A DNA stretch of 64,000 bases from a virus: the IMG/VR virus record IMGVR_UViG_3300044591_000896, positions 1-64,000 of that record, one strand, 5' to 3'. Every line of letters begins with the position of its first letter. The first letter of the stretch is position 1. Positions 49,388 to 58,408 of this stretch are shown in pieces. The notes under the pieces were generated by a model. That model saw nothing but the letters and a program-made list of their open reading frames with translations, was not told the DNA's origin and made no database searches. Both the position numbers and the translations under genes were made by a program.

Positions 49388-49804
49388 TTATTTAATTTTT
49401 AGAATTTTTGGTTGTTTTTCTTTTGGTAGATTTCTAACTACACGGATATGCAACATGCCATCCTTTAGCTCTACACTAGAAACTTCCATGTATTCACTTA
49501 GTTCAAAGATTCTTGTGAACTTACGTGCAGCGATTCCCTTGTGGACAACTTCTGCATCTGTTACTTCTGTAATTTCACCTGTGATCCAAAGACTTCCGTC
49601 TTCAATTGACACAGTCAGATCTTCTCTTGTGAATCCAGCAACTGCCAGCGTTAACTGATAGTTATCTTCGTCTAGCTTTAGCAAATCATATGGCGGGAAT
49701 GCCGTATTGTTTACCTTACTAAGACTATTGAAGCGCTCCAACTCTCTGTTGAAGCCAATAAAAAATGGATCCTTAAATAGATCCATAGCAAATTGTGTTA
49801 CCAT
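49388..49804 (-). CDS. Small heat-shock protein Hsp20 (IbpA-like)
   Basis: FPPYD, LAVAGF, HKGIAARKFTR.F.L, LKDGML. Confidence 0.92.
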   Translation of the reverse strand: MVTQFAMDLFKDPFFIGFNRELERFNSLSKVNNTAFPPYDLLKLDEDNYQLTLAVAGFTREDLTVSIEDGSLWITGEITEVTDAEVVHKGIAARKFTRIFELSEYMEVSSVELKDGMLHIRVVRNLPKEKQPKILKIK

Positions 49805-49891
49805 TTTATTCTCCTTTTAAGCAAGTAATATGGTCACCCCCATTTGGCAGGTGACCATATTATTATACCATTTAGGTGACTAGGATTGCAA

Positions 49892-50299
49892 CTACTTTTT
49901 TGCTTTTGCCCTAGCTTTTGCTAATGCGTCAAAATCTTTTACTTTGGTATCTCCAAGATAACCCCAAGCGTATCCTTCAGATATCATTTGCTCATTAATT
50001 GAAACTTCTGAGCCATCAAGATATACCCACCCTAATATTCTTCCGTATTTTTCTGAGCTGTCCATCTTTTCAGTTTTAATTACAACGCTTTTAGCATCTT
50101 TAATCTTTGACTTAAGATATTCTTTTGACTCAAGACCAAGAACTTTTTCTGCTTTATCTGAAGTTCTGCTTTCTGGTGTATCAATTCCAGCAAGTCTTAC
50201 TCTTGAACTAAAAGATATACTAAATCCTAAATCGATGTCAACATCAATAGTGTCTCCATCAACAACGTTTGTTACTTTTTTTACATAGTATTCAAACAT
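49892..50299 (-). CDS. Thermonuclease (SNase)-like nuclease
   Basis: VVDGDT, RLAGIDTPE, KYGRIL, G.A..Y. Confidence 0.85.
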   Translation of the reverse strand: MFEYYVKKVTNVVDGDTIDVDIDLGFSISFSSRVRLAGIDTPESRTSDKAEKVLGLESKEYLKSKIKDAKSVVIKTEKMDSSEKYGRILGWVYLDGSEVSINEQMISEGYAWGYLGDTKVKDFDALAKARAKAKK

Positions 50300-50922
50300 T
50301 ACTTTGTTGTCTTTTTAGACGCCTTCTTAATGCCTTCTAATGTTGTTGTGTTTACTGTTTCAGTTTTTTTAGCTGCTGGCTTTTCTGCCTTTGGCTTTAC
50401 TGCTACACCAAATGCGGGTCTTCCAAATCCTACTACTGCTACTGGCTGTGACTTGCGTAGCTTTGATCCGTTCTTTTTCTTGTATGCACGAACCTTTAAG
50501 CATGCTTCTCCACCATTTCTTTGGTCTCCCTTTTTATCTGAGCTGGTGTTTCCTTCTACACATGTTACTGTTCCGTCTCCATTGTCTTTTACAACAATTC
50601 CAACGTGAGAAATTCTATCGACACCGTCTCCTGGGAAATCAAAATACAGGATATCTCCTGGCTGTGGTGTTGCTTCTTCTGCTTTCTGCCATGTGCCAGC
50701 TTTAATAAATGCTTGTGCTCCTGCTGGTGTGTAAACTGTGTTAGGAATTTTTACGCCAGCCTCATTTCCGCACCACATAACAAAGCTTCCGCACCATGGT
50801 TGAAAGTTTGCTTTAGCAAACTTGCCATACTTTGTTTCGTTATCTTTTGGTCCTTCAATATATCCAACTTCTGCAAGAGCTACTTCTACTAGTCTTGCCG
50901 CTGATCCTTGTACTGCTGCCAT
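50299..50922 (-). CDS. Endolysin, CHAP domain
   Basis: PWCGSFV.W, PGDI.YF, HVGIV, EGNT. Confidence 0.85.
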   Translation of the reverse strand: MAAVQGSAARLVEVALAEVGYIEGPKDNETKYGKFAKANFQPWCGSFVMWCGNEAGVKIPNTVYTPAGAQAFIKAGTWQKAEEATPQPGDILYFDFPGDGVDRISHVGIVVKDNGDGTVTCVEGNTSSDKKGDQRNGGEACLKVRAYKKKNGSKLRKSQPVAVVGFGRPAFGVAVKPKAEKPAAKKTETVNTTTLEGIKKASKKTTK

Positions 50923-50974
50923 TTTATTTCCTCCTAGAAAATTGATTACTTTAATTATACCATTTTTATATTTG

Positions 50975-51047
50975 TGTCCCCAGATGGGCTCGAACCATCG
51001 ACCCGCAGATTAAAAGTCTGCTGCTCTACCGACTGAGCTATAGGAAC
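50975..51047 (-). tRNA. tRNA-Lys(UUU)
   Basis: GCAGA-CT-TTT-AA-TCTGC; GGTTCGAGCC. Confidence 0.92.
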
Positions 51048-51051
51048 TTAT

Positions 51052-51076
51052 GGCAGTTTTAAGTCTTGCCTAGGAC
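51052..51076 (-). ncRNA. Mini H-type pseudoknot motif, copy 3
   Basis: GTC-CTAGGCAA-GAC-TT-AAAAC-TGCC. Confidence 0.5.
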
Positions 51077-51081
51077 ATATA

Positions 51082-51594
51082 TTAAGCTGAGAGTATCTTT
51101 GCTAATGCGTTTACTGTTGCTGCAATTCTTCCGATATCACGCAACTGCTCGACTGAGTAGCCTTCCTCTTTCAATGTTTCATAGTGTGCTTTAACACAGA
51201 AATGGCATTTCCCTACAATAGATGAAGCTAACGAGTAAGCCTCAAATCTTGCTTTTGTAGTGCCTCCATGAGATGCTATTGCATTCATTCTAAGCTGCGC
51301 TGGTAACCCCTTTAAGTTAGGATCATCTGCCATCTCAATGTATGGATACCAAACATTATTTTGTGCCATGATAGCACCAGCTGTAAGTGCCGCATTTCTT
51401 TCTACTTCGTCTGTTGCACTTGCTGTAATAAAAGCAACAAGCTTTCCGTTTCCAGTAGCAAAGGCTGCAGCTAATGCGAGATAGGTTGCCTGTTCTGAAT
51501 CAATAGTTGATCTATTAATTACTGAATCTAGATTTAACCTAATGTCCTTAGCGTACTCTGGAAGATTTTCATTAATCTGGCCAACCCAAGACAT
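51082..51594 (-). CDS. ahpD: Alkyl hydroperoxide reductase AhpD
   Basis: LPEYAKDI.LNL, MAQNNVWY, KCHFCV.AH. Confidence 0.9.
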   Translation of the reverse strand: MSWVGQINENLPEYAKDIRLNLDSVINRSTIDSEQATYLALAAAFATGNGKLVAFITASATDEVERNAALTAGAIMAQNNVWYPYIEMADDPNLKGLPAQLRMNAIASHGGTTKARFEAYSLASSIVGKCHFCVKAHYETLKEEGYSVEQLRDIGRIAATVNALAKILSA

Positions 51595-52130
51595 TACAGC
51601 GTCTCCCCGCCAAGTGATCTATTGCATGCACATAGCTCACCAGTTTGAAGAGCATCTAGAACACGAAGAGTTTCATCTGGATTTCTTCCTACATCTAAAT
51701 TGTTTACTGTTACATGCTGGATAATATTATCTGGGTCTACAATAAATGTTGCACGATATGCTACTCCAGAAGAGTGTTGAATTCCAAGGTCACCAGATAA
51801 TTGATGTGCTGTATCTGCAAAGGACCAAGAATTAGTTTTCTTTAAATCTTCATGAGCATTGCGCCATGCAATTTTGCAAAACTCGTTATCCACTGATCCA
51901 GTCATAAGGACTGCGTCACGGTCATTAAAATCATTTACAAGAGCATCATATGCAACAATTTCTGTTGGGCATACAAAGGTAAAATCTTTTGGATAGAATG
52001 CAATAATTTTCCATTTGCCTGGAAAAGAATCTTGGTTTATTACTTCAAAAGATGAGTCGTCATAAGATAACGCTCCAGGTTTAACTCCGATAACGGCAAA
52101 GTTACCAAGTTTATCTCCTATTGTTTTCAT
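51594..52130 (-). CDS. ahpC: Peroxiredoxin AhpC
   Basis: FYPKDFTFVCPTE; ELCACN; AAGGAG RBS before MKTIG. Confidence 0.92.
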   Translation of the reverse strand: MKTIGDKLGNFAVIGVKPGALSYDDSSFEVINQDSFPGKWKIIAFYPKDFTFVCPTEIVAYDALVNDFNDRDAVLMTGSVDNEFCKIAWRNAHEDLKKTNSWSFADTAHQLSGDLGIQHSSGVAYRATFIVDPDNIIQHVTVNNLDVGRNPDETLRVLDALQTGELCACNRSLGGETL

Positions 52131-52165
52131 GTTTCTCCTTATATATAAGTGATACAAACGTATCG

Positions 52166-52237
52166 CACCCCTGGCTGGAATCGAACCAGCGACCAACAGA
52201 TTAGAAGTCTGTTGCTCTTCCGCTGAGCTACAGAGGT
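52166..52237 (-). tRNA. tRNA-Arg(UCU)
   Basis: ACAGA-CT-TCT-AA-TCTGT; GGTTCGATTCC. Confidence 0.92.
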
Positions 52238-52240
52238 ATT

Positions 52241-52546
52241 TTATTGATCTTCTTCGTCTTGATTCATTTCTACTAATCCCAGGGTCTTTGCCATCTCTTC
52301 TCCTTCTGGACTTAGCGAAAAAGTTGCTTCTAAATTTTCATCATATGAAACATTTAAAAATCCACTTTCAAATAACTTTAGCATTGCATCATCAATATAC
52401 TCTGTGTGCGCTTTCCATAACTCAGGCGCAATATCTTTGGCCTTTTCTGTTATCAGAAAAATAAACTCTCCGTCTTCGTCAATGCCTTCAACTGAAACAG
52501 CACCGATTTCTATGTAGTACTCTATATCTTTCACATATTCTCCCAT
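52241..52546 (-). CDS. Hypothetical phage protein
   Basis: Acidic ORF between tRNAs. Confidence 0.55.
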   Translation of the reverse strand: MGEYVKDIEYYIEIGAVSVEGIDEDGEFIFLITEKAKDIAPELWKAHTEYIDDAMLKLFESGFLNVSYDENLEATFSLSPEGEEMAKTLGLVEMNQDEEDQ

Positions 52547-52547
52547 G

Positions 52548-52621
52548 TGCAACAGGTAGGACTCGAACCTACGATTACCGAATTATGAGTTCGGGGCTTT
52601 AACCAACTAAGCTACTGTTGC
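52548..52621 (-). tRNA. tRNA with CAU anticodon (elongator Met or Ile2)
   Basis: GCAACAG/CTGTTGC paired 1:72; CCGAA-CT-CAT-AA-TTCGG. Confidence 0.88.
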
Positions 52622-52631
52622 CTAGTTGCAA

Positions 52632-52880
52632 TTATAGTATAACCTTATCGTTATTGTCAATGGTTTTTTCAACTATCTGCTGCACGTATTCTGAAAAATG
52701 TTTTCTTATTTTTCCAGGTGGCCTTGATCCAATAGAGTTCCAAACTCTAGTGTATTCCATTATATTGGCAAATGTAGTTGGGCATACAACTATGCCATTA
52801 AACTCTCTCAATACAGTTGGAAGTGGAACATGCTTGCCACAGCACTTACACTCTTTAGCTTTATCTTGATATTCACTCAT
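52632..52880 (-). CDS. Hypothetical Cys-containing protein
   Basis: Coupled to terminase stop. Confidence 0.5.
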   Translation of the reverse strand: MSEYQDKAKECKCCGKHVPLPTVLREFNGIVVCPTTFANIMEYTRVWNSIGSRPPGKIRKHFSEYVQQIVEKTIDNNDKVIL

Positions 52881-54676
52881 ATTATTTGCATCCTGTCCAT
52901 TGCTTCTCTTAAATCTTGTGGCATTCTTGGTGCCCTAATCATATTAGTTGATGTTACATCTGGGTTATCTCTACTAAAATCATCATGTATTGACATTGAC
53001 TCATATGTATGAATGTTTATTTCATTATTCATGTCTGGCCTTGTTCTACTAATTGAATTAAATATAGATCCACAGACTGCATCCGCCAAGTCTTTAGAAC
53101 CTTTTCGTGGGTGATCAACCTTATCACGCATAATTTTTAACTGCAACAATTCATCAATTAGAAGTGGTATATATGGACCATTGAGTCTTTCTTCTAATAC
53201 AACCATAGCCATATCGTCATAATGCTTTTTAGCCACCGACAAAATTTCAGTATTAATTCCATATTGCTTTAGCTGCTGCATCATATCATGCGAGTTCCAT
53301 CGGTCAAATGTACACACTCCTATATTAAACCCACGTGTTTTAAGTGCAAGTATATAGTCTTTAACCTCAGTAAAATCAACAGACTTATCAGGCGTAGGTG
53401 TCCAGTATCTAACTGCATCTACACTAACAATTGGTGCTGGCTGAGAGTACTCGTTTGTAACTCTAACATTAACCCATCTTTCAACATGTGCTAGCGAGAC
53501 TGCACAGTGGTCGTGCTTTTGTGCAAGGTCAACGTGTATAAAGTATCTTGTATCTTCTTTTGGTTTAAACCATTCTTCTAATCTACCAAAGCTATCTACA
53601 GAAAGAGCAGTATTATTAAATGCCTTCTCTACCTTTTCACGTGACTTAAAGAAAGCATCTACCATCTCTGGTGGCATGCAAGCAAATCTACCAAGAGCGT
53701 CTAACGAATTCTTGTAGAAGTCTACCTTAAAATCTTCAATCTTTTTAGTTGGGTTGACTTCCCATGTTGGCCTCTTTAAAGCATATGTCTTAGGATACAG
53801 ATAAGATATGATGTGGTCTTCTTCCCAATCAATAGTTATCTCATTACCATCAGTTCCGTCTGGGAGATCATCGTCCATCTTAAGAGTCTTTGTTCTAATA
53901 ATAGTTTCTTTTTCTCCAATAACAGACTCATAGAATTTTTGTATTGGATCATTTTTGAAACGGGGGAATGAAAGTAAAATTACTTTTCCATAGTCTGGGA
54001 AACGGGACATCACAGATGCACGGTACATGTCATATATAGCATCAGCTGTCTTAGCCTGGTCATGTCCTGTTGTATTTTCCATGGCAAAACCAGAGATCTC
54101 ATCAAGGATAACAGTTATAACGTTGTATCCTTCCCATGCTTCTCTTTGAGAGTGGCCTGAGTATACATTTACATTCTTATCAAATTTAATTTCAGATGCT
54201 TTAGGCTCATATTTTCCAGCAAACCATGGGGACAATTCAATTCTTGTCTTAAATCCTTTAAAGAAAACATTGTTTGCCTGCTGTGCGTTAATAGCAATAT
54301 TTAGGATATCAATTGTGTCACCTGGTGGCTTACCATAGTATGTTGCTGGATCTTTTAGACATAGCAATAAATAAACTTGATAGGCAACTGAAATCGTAGC
54401 AGTGTAGTCTTTACCAGAACCTTTACCTAGCTGTGCAATTACTTCATTGCATGTCTGCTTAAATCTTAGCTTTCCATCCTCTTCGCCAAAAAGCTTTATT
54501 AGAGTGGACTCTTTATATATCTGGGAAGACTTTTCAATAAGCGTATACTGTAGTTCAGATAATTGTGGCAGCCCTAAATAATTTGGATCAGTAACAAATG
54601 TTTGTAGGTCTACTGGACGCTCTTCAAATTCTTCTCCGTCAAGTATGTCAATTAAATCTGAAAAATCAAACGACAT
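52877..54676 (-). CDS. terL: Terminase large subunit
   Basis: Walker A GKGSGKD, Walker B VILDE, nuclease HVDLA...FDRWNS...KDLADA. Confidence 0.88.
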   Translation of the reverse strand: MSFDFSDLIDILDGEEFEERPVDLQTFVTDPNYLGLPQLSELQYTLIEKSSQIYKESTLIKLFGEEDGKLRFKQTCNEVIAQLGKGSGKDYTATISVAYQVYLLLCLKDPATYYGKPPGDTIDILNIAINAQQANNVFFKGFKTRIELSPWFAGKYEPKASEIKFDKNVNVYSGHSQREAWEGYNVITVILDEISGFAMENTTGHDQAKTADAIYDMYRASVMSRFPDYGKVILLSFPRFKNDPIQKFYESVIGEKETIIRTKTLKMDDDLPDGTDGNEITIDWEEDHIISYLYPKTYALKRPTWEVNPTKKIEDFKVDFYKNSLDALGRFACMPPEMVDAFFKSREKVEKAFNNTALSVDSFGRLEEWFKPKEDTRYFIHVDLAQKHDHCAVSLAHVERWVNVRVTNEYSQPAPIVSVDAVRYWTPTPDKSVDFTEVKDYILALKTRGFNIGVCTFDRWNSHDMMQQLKQYGINTEILSVAKKHYDDMAMVVLEERLNGPYIPLLIDELLQLKIMRDKVDHPRKGSKDLADAVCGSIFNSISRTRPDMNNEINIHTYESMSIHDDFSRDNPDVTSTNMIRAPRMPQDLREAMDRMQII

Positions 54677-55202
54677 CTGCGTCCTGAATTACTATTGCCT
54701 CCACTACGCCAGTAATCTGGGATAGCCTTTTTGCAACATCCATTTTACACTTAGGACAAGATGCAGTTACTTCTTTTAATATACCTACTAGTATTTCTTG
54801 CTTACGTTCTGTCTCTGCAATTTGTGATGCTATCTGTGTATTCTCTAGAACTCCAACAGATTGAAGCATGGCTATTCTTTTAGTCTCTATATCTGCAATT
54901 AGTTTTAGTGCTCCCGCCTTAACACTAAGCTGCCCGCTTTGATCTGCGTCTTCTACGGTCTTCCAGGCCTCTTTAATAAGCATTGCATAGTGTTGGTCAG
55001 CACCAGAGATTGCTTCTCTTGCTCTATCTCTTATATTAGAATCATTGTGTACGACTGTCTTCCACTCATCAATAAACTCTAGGACTTCTTTTCTAGAAAA
55101 TCCTGTAGCTGCTGCTATCTGCGTGGCTGAATTTCCCTTGAGTAATTCCTCAACGACTTTATTCATTCGGTCAAAATGTACTGCTGGCTCTATATCGCTC
55201 AT
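54666..55202 (-). CDS. HTH protein, probable terminase small subunit
   Basis: N-terminal HTH, helical body; directly upstream of terL. Confidence 0.55.
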   Translation of the reverse strand: MSDIEPAVHFDRMNKVVEELLKGNSATQIAAATGFSRKEVLEFIDEWKTVVHNDSNIRDRAREAISGADQHYAMLIKEAWKTVEDADQSGQLSVKAGALKLIADIETKRIAMLQSVGVLENTQIASQIAETERKQEILVGILKEVTASCPKCKMDVAKRLSQITGVVEAIVIQDADVV

Positions 55203-55217
55203 GATACTATTATACTT

Positions 55218-55562
55218 CTAGTCGACTGAAATGGCAACCTGAGACATGGCTATTCTTAATAACACCAGGTATCCAATTAAATCATCAACATCATTATCTC
55301 CAGCATACCCCTGTGAGTTCTTAATCCTATTTAATTTATCATCAATGCGAACCTTTAATTGCTCTACTGAATCTGACTGTGCAAATAATCTCATTGGATT
55401 TAAAGCAGAATCTCCGTATGATACATTTTTTTTAATTAACATCTCAGCAATATCAAGACATTCATTCATAATTTTATTTCCTGATGGTGCATCTGTAGCT
55501 AACAACTGCAGGTCTGTAACCCACATTTGAAAACCCTTTTCTCTTTCTGGATAACCCGCCAT
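55218..55562 (-). CDS. Nucleotide-modification-associated (DUF1599/Nmad1-like) protein
   Basis: KKN..YGDS...RIDDKLNR...DLIGY. Confidence 0.65.
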   Translation of the reverse strand: MAGYPEREKGFQMWVTDLQLLATDAPSGNKIMNECLDIAEMLIKKNVSYGDSALNPMRLFAQSDSVEQLKVRIDDKLNRIKNSQGYAGDNDVDDLIGYLVLLRIAMSQVAISVD

Positions 55563-56221
55563 TATTCCATCTCCTTATATAGTCTCTTTAGTCCCTTTAG
55601 TGTTCCAATATCCATATATTGTCCACCTGGCTTTACTGCACGAACATCTAAATTCATATCGATCCATTCCTGTATTTGTTTTCCTGGGTGGTCCAACGAT
55701 GAATCAACATATCTTATCAAATTTTTTCTAAATAGCATAGTGCCCCACATGTAAGAATAATCGCAATCATCTACTTTATCTTTAGAGTAAACTACTTTAT
55801 CTCCAGATAAATGTATCTGGCCTACCCTGCCCTTAAGATCTTCAGTGCATTCCCATGCACCTAGCACTAGGTCTCCGCTAGACTTAACCATTTCTTTATA
55901 TATATTATTTGGTGATCCTAATATAAATGTATCTGGCATGCCTATAAGTACGGTGTCATTGCTTTCGCCAACCATAAAGTTTACAGCATCAGACATTGTT
56001 GATGGCTCACGAACTATAAGTTTAATATTCATATCCATATTTTGAATGATTGGAACCCATTCTGCTCTTGTAGATATTCTTACTTCATCACAAACTTCAA
56101 GCATTTGCTCTACATGCCATTGTATTAATGATCTCTCATCTGATATAGGCAGGCAAAACTTTGGTATGCCCCCAACTCTAGAAGCCTTTCCAGATGCTGG
56201 CAGTAGCCCTATCGTAGCCAT
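55562..56221 (-). CDS. Sugar nucleotidyltransferase (RmlA-like)
   Basis: LPASGKASR...PK..LP; GMPD; DIGT. Confidence 0.78.
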   Translation of the reverse strand: MATIGLLPASGKASRVGGIPKFCLPISDERSLIQWHVEQMLEVCDEVRISTRAEWVPIIQNMDMNIKLIVREPSTMSDAVNFMVGESNDTVLIGMPDTFILGSPNNIYKEMVKSSGDLVLGAWECTEDLKGRVGQIHLSGDKVVYSKDKVDDCDYSYMWGTMLFRKNLIRYVDSSLDHPGKQIQEWIDMNLDVRAVKPGGQYMDIGTLKGLKRLYKEME

Positions 56222-56850
56222 TCTTGTGACCTTCTTCTATTTAAAGACCAATCATTTGTTAATTGAAAATTGTTTTCAGCTTTAAAATCATAGTACTCTT
56301 TATTCTTTAAAAATGTTTCATCATTTCTATTTCTTAAACTTGAGTCACTATTAATAGTTTGGCTTCCTGAAGATGGCTTTGTTTTTATTGATGTTGTTAC
56401 AATGGTTCCTTCTGGACAAAACCTTGAAACTCTTTCATGAAAATCATTATCCTCAAAATATATTGGATAAAAGTATTCATCAAAAAGCCCCACCTCTTCA
56501 ATAACATTTTCACCAACAGAAAAACACCCATAGGCATCATCTGTTAAAACAACTTTATCTGGCCCACTTGTCTCATCTATTTCTTTTAAAGAGTTCTCTC
56601 CCCAAATTGTGTCAGCTGATGCAAATAGCCAATACTTTGAATGTGGGTAAAGTTTTATACCTAAATTCCATGATGCAGACATTCCTAAATTAGCTGGCAT
56701 ATTTAGAACAGTTACCTTCTTGTCTGTCTTGTATCCGTTACCATTATCTATAACCAATATATTATCTACTGGGTAGTTTATATTATCTAGCATGCTATCT
56801 AGAAGATCATACCTATTTAATGTAGGTATGATTATTACTGGTATGCTCAT
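56209..56850 (-). CDS. Glycosyltransferase, GT2-like
   Basis: IIIPTLNR, VIDNG, NLG...SWN.G, GLFDE.F...YFEDND. Confidence 0.82.
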   Translation of the reverse strand: MSIPVIIIPTLNRYDLLDSMLDNINYPVDNILVIDNGNGYKTDKKVTVLNMPANLGMSASWNLGIKLYPHSKYWLFASADTIWGENSLKEIDETSGPDKVVLTDDAYGCFSVGENVIEEVGLFDEYFYPIYFEDNDFHERVSRFCPEGTIVTTSIKTKPSSGSQTINSDSSLRNRNDETFLKNKEYYDFKAENNFQLTNDWSLNRRRSQEWLR

Positions 56851-56993
56851 CTTTTTTTAATTAATCCAAACTGCTCTAGGTATCTTTGTATGGTCATAGC
56901 AGATACTTGACACTCTTTTCCAATTTCAGTGACTGTCTTTCTTTGAACTACATATCTTCTATACAGCCACTCTTTACTTTGGTAAAGCTTCAC
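56847..56993 (-). CDS. Small HTH protein
   Basis: GTG start; WL.RRY....TV.EI..EC.VS..TI.RYL. Confidence 0.6.
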   Translation of the reverse strand: MKLYQSKEWLYRRYVVQRKTVTEIGKECQVSAMTIQRYLEQFGLIKKR

Positions 56994-57583
56994 ATCGTGT
57001 TCCATTTAAAATGCTGTCTGTAATCTGTGTAACCAATAGCGCTTCTATCAACCCACCAGTCTTCATGGAAATCTCTAACCACAAGAGCATATCCAAGTGA
57101 ATCAAGTATCTGTCTTTGTGCATCACGCATAGCTATATTATTTAAAACTAAATTAGCATCATGCTCAAATGTTATTACTGTAAATCTATACTGGTTTAAT
57201 GGTACTGCTAATAAGCCATGTAAAGATAGGTATGGGTTGCCAACGGCATAGCCCTTTGGATCATACCCGCCATCAATATCTACCTGTAGGTAGTCTATCT
57301 GCTTTGGGAAATTGTTCTCTTCAAAATAATTAATATAATTAAACTGAGTAGCATCTCCAAGGATACATGGGTTCTTTCTATTTTCTGATACCTCTTTGTG
57401 AAATTCTGGAACTATCTCAAAAGAAACGCCCTTCCAGTCAAACTCATTTTCTAGTCTATAGGTATTGCTTCCATTCTTAGAATGAAATGCTCCTAGCTCT
57501 ACATAATATCCTTCTTTTTTATTGTCAAGTAAGCTTAAAACAAATTCTTCTTGAGCACTCTTCTCTTGCCAGTCTGGACTCAT
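56990..57583 (-). CDS. FkbM-like methyltransferase
   Basis: YYVELGA...SNT..LE...W.G; IDYLQVDID; ITFEHD. Confidence 0.7.
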   Translation of the reverse strand: MSPDWQEKSAQEEFVLSLLDNKKEGYYVELGAFHSKNGSNTYRLENEFDWKGVSFEIVPEFHKEVSENRKNPCILGDATQFNYINYFEENNFPKQIDYLQVDIDGGYDPKGYAVGNPYLSLHGLLAVPLNQYRFTVITFEHDANLVLNNIAMRDAQRQILDSLGYALVVRDFHEDWWVDRSAIGYTDYRQHFKWNTM

Positions 57584-58146
57584 CGTTTAGTTAACACCTC
57601 ATTGGAATAATGTGCAATGCCGAATGCATCTGCAACATCAAAATCATTTAAATTTAAACCATACATCTTATTAAAATAATCAACAGTCCTTTGCTTACGC
57701 ATATTTCTTAATTGATTTTTGTACCAAGAGTCAGCATAACCTGGATTCTTAGTACGGATTGCTTCCTTCTCAGCTTTTGTTGGGTTCTTATTCCCAATAT
57801 GCGCCTGCCATGAGCTGGGTGGTATTGTTATAACTTTTGCCCCCGTGGACATAAGCTCTGCAATTACAACTCCATACACATAAGACAATTTTATCACAGC
57901 ATCTGGTGATCTGACAAGTATGGCGCCCTCAACAACTATATAATCTGATTTAAGTTCCTCTAACATAACAGACATTTTCTTTTTAGCATCATATATTTTT
58001 TCATATATATCCATGCCAGCAAGATCAATCTTTCCCCACTTTAATGGCTTGTTGCCTTCCATTAGGCAAAAAGCAATAGAGTTTGTTGACGCATCTATCC
58101 CAAGGACACGGTGCGCTTTTGTCTTTACAAGGCTACTTAATTTCAT
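57580..58146 (-). CDS. RuvC-like Holliday junction resolvase
   Basis: LGIDAS, VVE, DVADA.GI. Confidence 0.75.
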   Translation of the reverse strand: MKLSSLVKTKAHRVLGIDASTNSIAFCLMEGNKPLKWGKIDLAGMDIYEKIYDAKKKMSVMLEELKSDYIVVEGAILVRSPDAVIKLSYVYGVVIAELMSTGAKVITIPPSSWQAHIGNKNPTKAEKEAIRTKNPGYADSWYKNQLRNMRKQRTVDYFNKMYGLNLNDFDVADAFGIAHYSNEVLTKR

Positions 58147-58408
58147 CTATAATTTCCTGAAGCAGGCTCTTGGTTCTGCTTCTTTTCTTTTCGCAATGGG
58201 CGCATATAGTATCAGTGTTGTACCTGCTTAGCTTAGCCTTACATTTAGAACACTGCCTAACAGATCCATTTTTAATTGCTTTTCTTTCATAATATTTTTC
58301 CATTATCCTTCTGTTTGTTGCAACTCTGCAACACTCATCAGTACAATATTTTTGATTATGAGTCTTGGGATCAAAATCTTTTGCACACTCTTTATTTGAA
58401 CATATCAT
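58133..58408 (-). CDS. Zinc-finger protein
   Basis: C...C...QKYC..EC; CxxC...CxxC. Confidence 0.6.
   Translation of the reverse strand: MICSNKECAKDFDPKTHNQKYCTDECCRVATNRRIMEKYYERKAIKNGSVRQCSKCKAKLSRYNTDTICAHCEKKRSRTKSLLQEIIDEIK

Noticed and set aside
52131-52196. N-terminal extension of AhpC in the ORF track
   Set aside because: Overlaps tRNA-Arg; an AAGGAG RBS supports the start at 52130.
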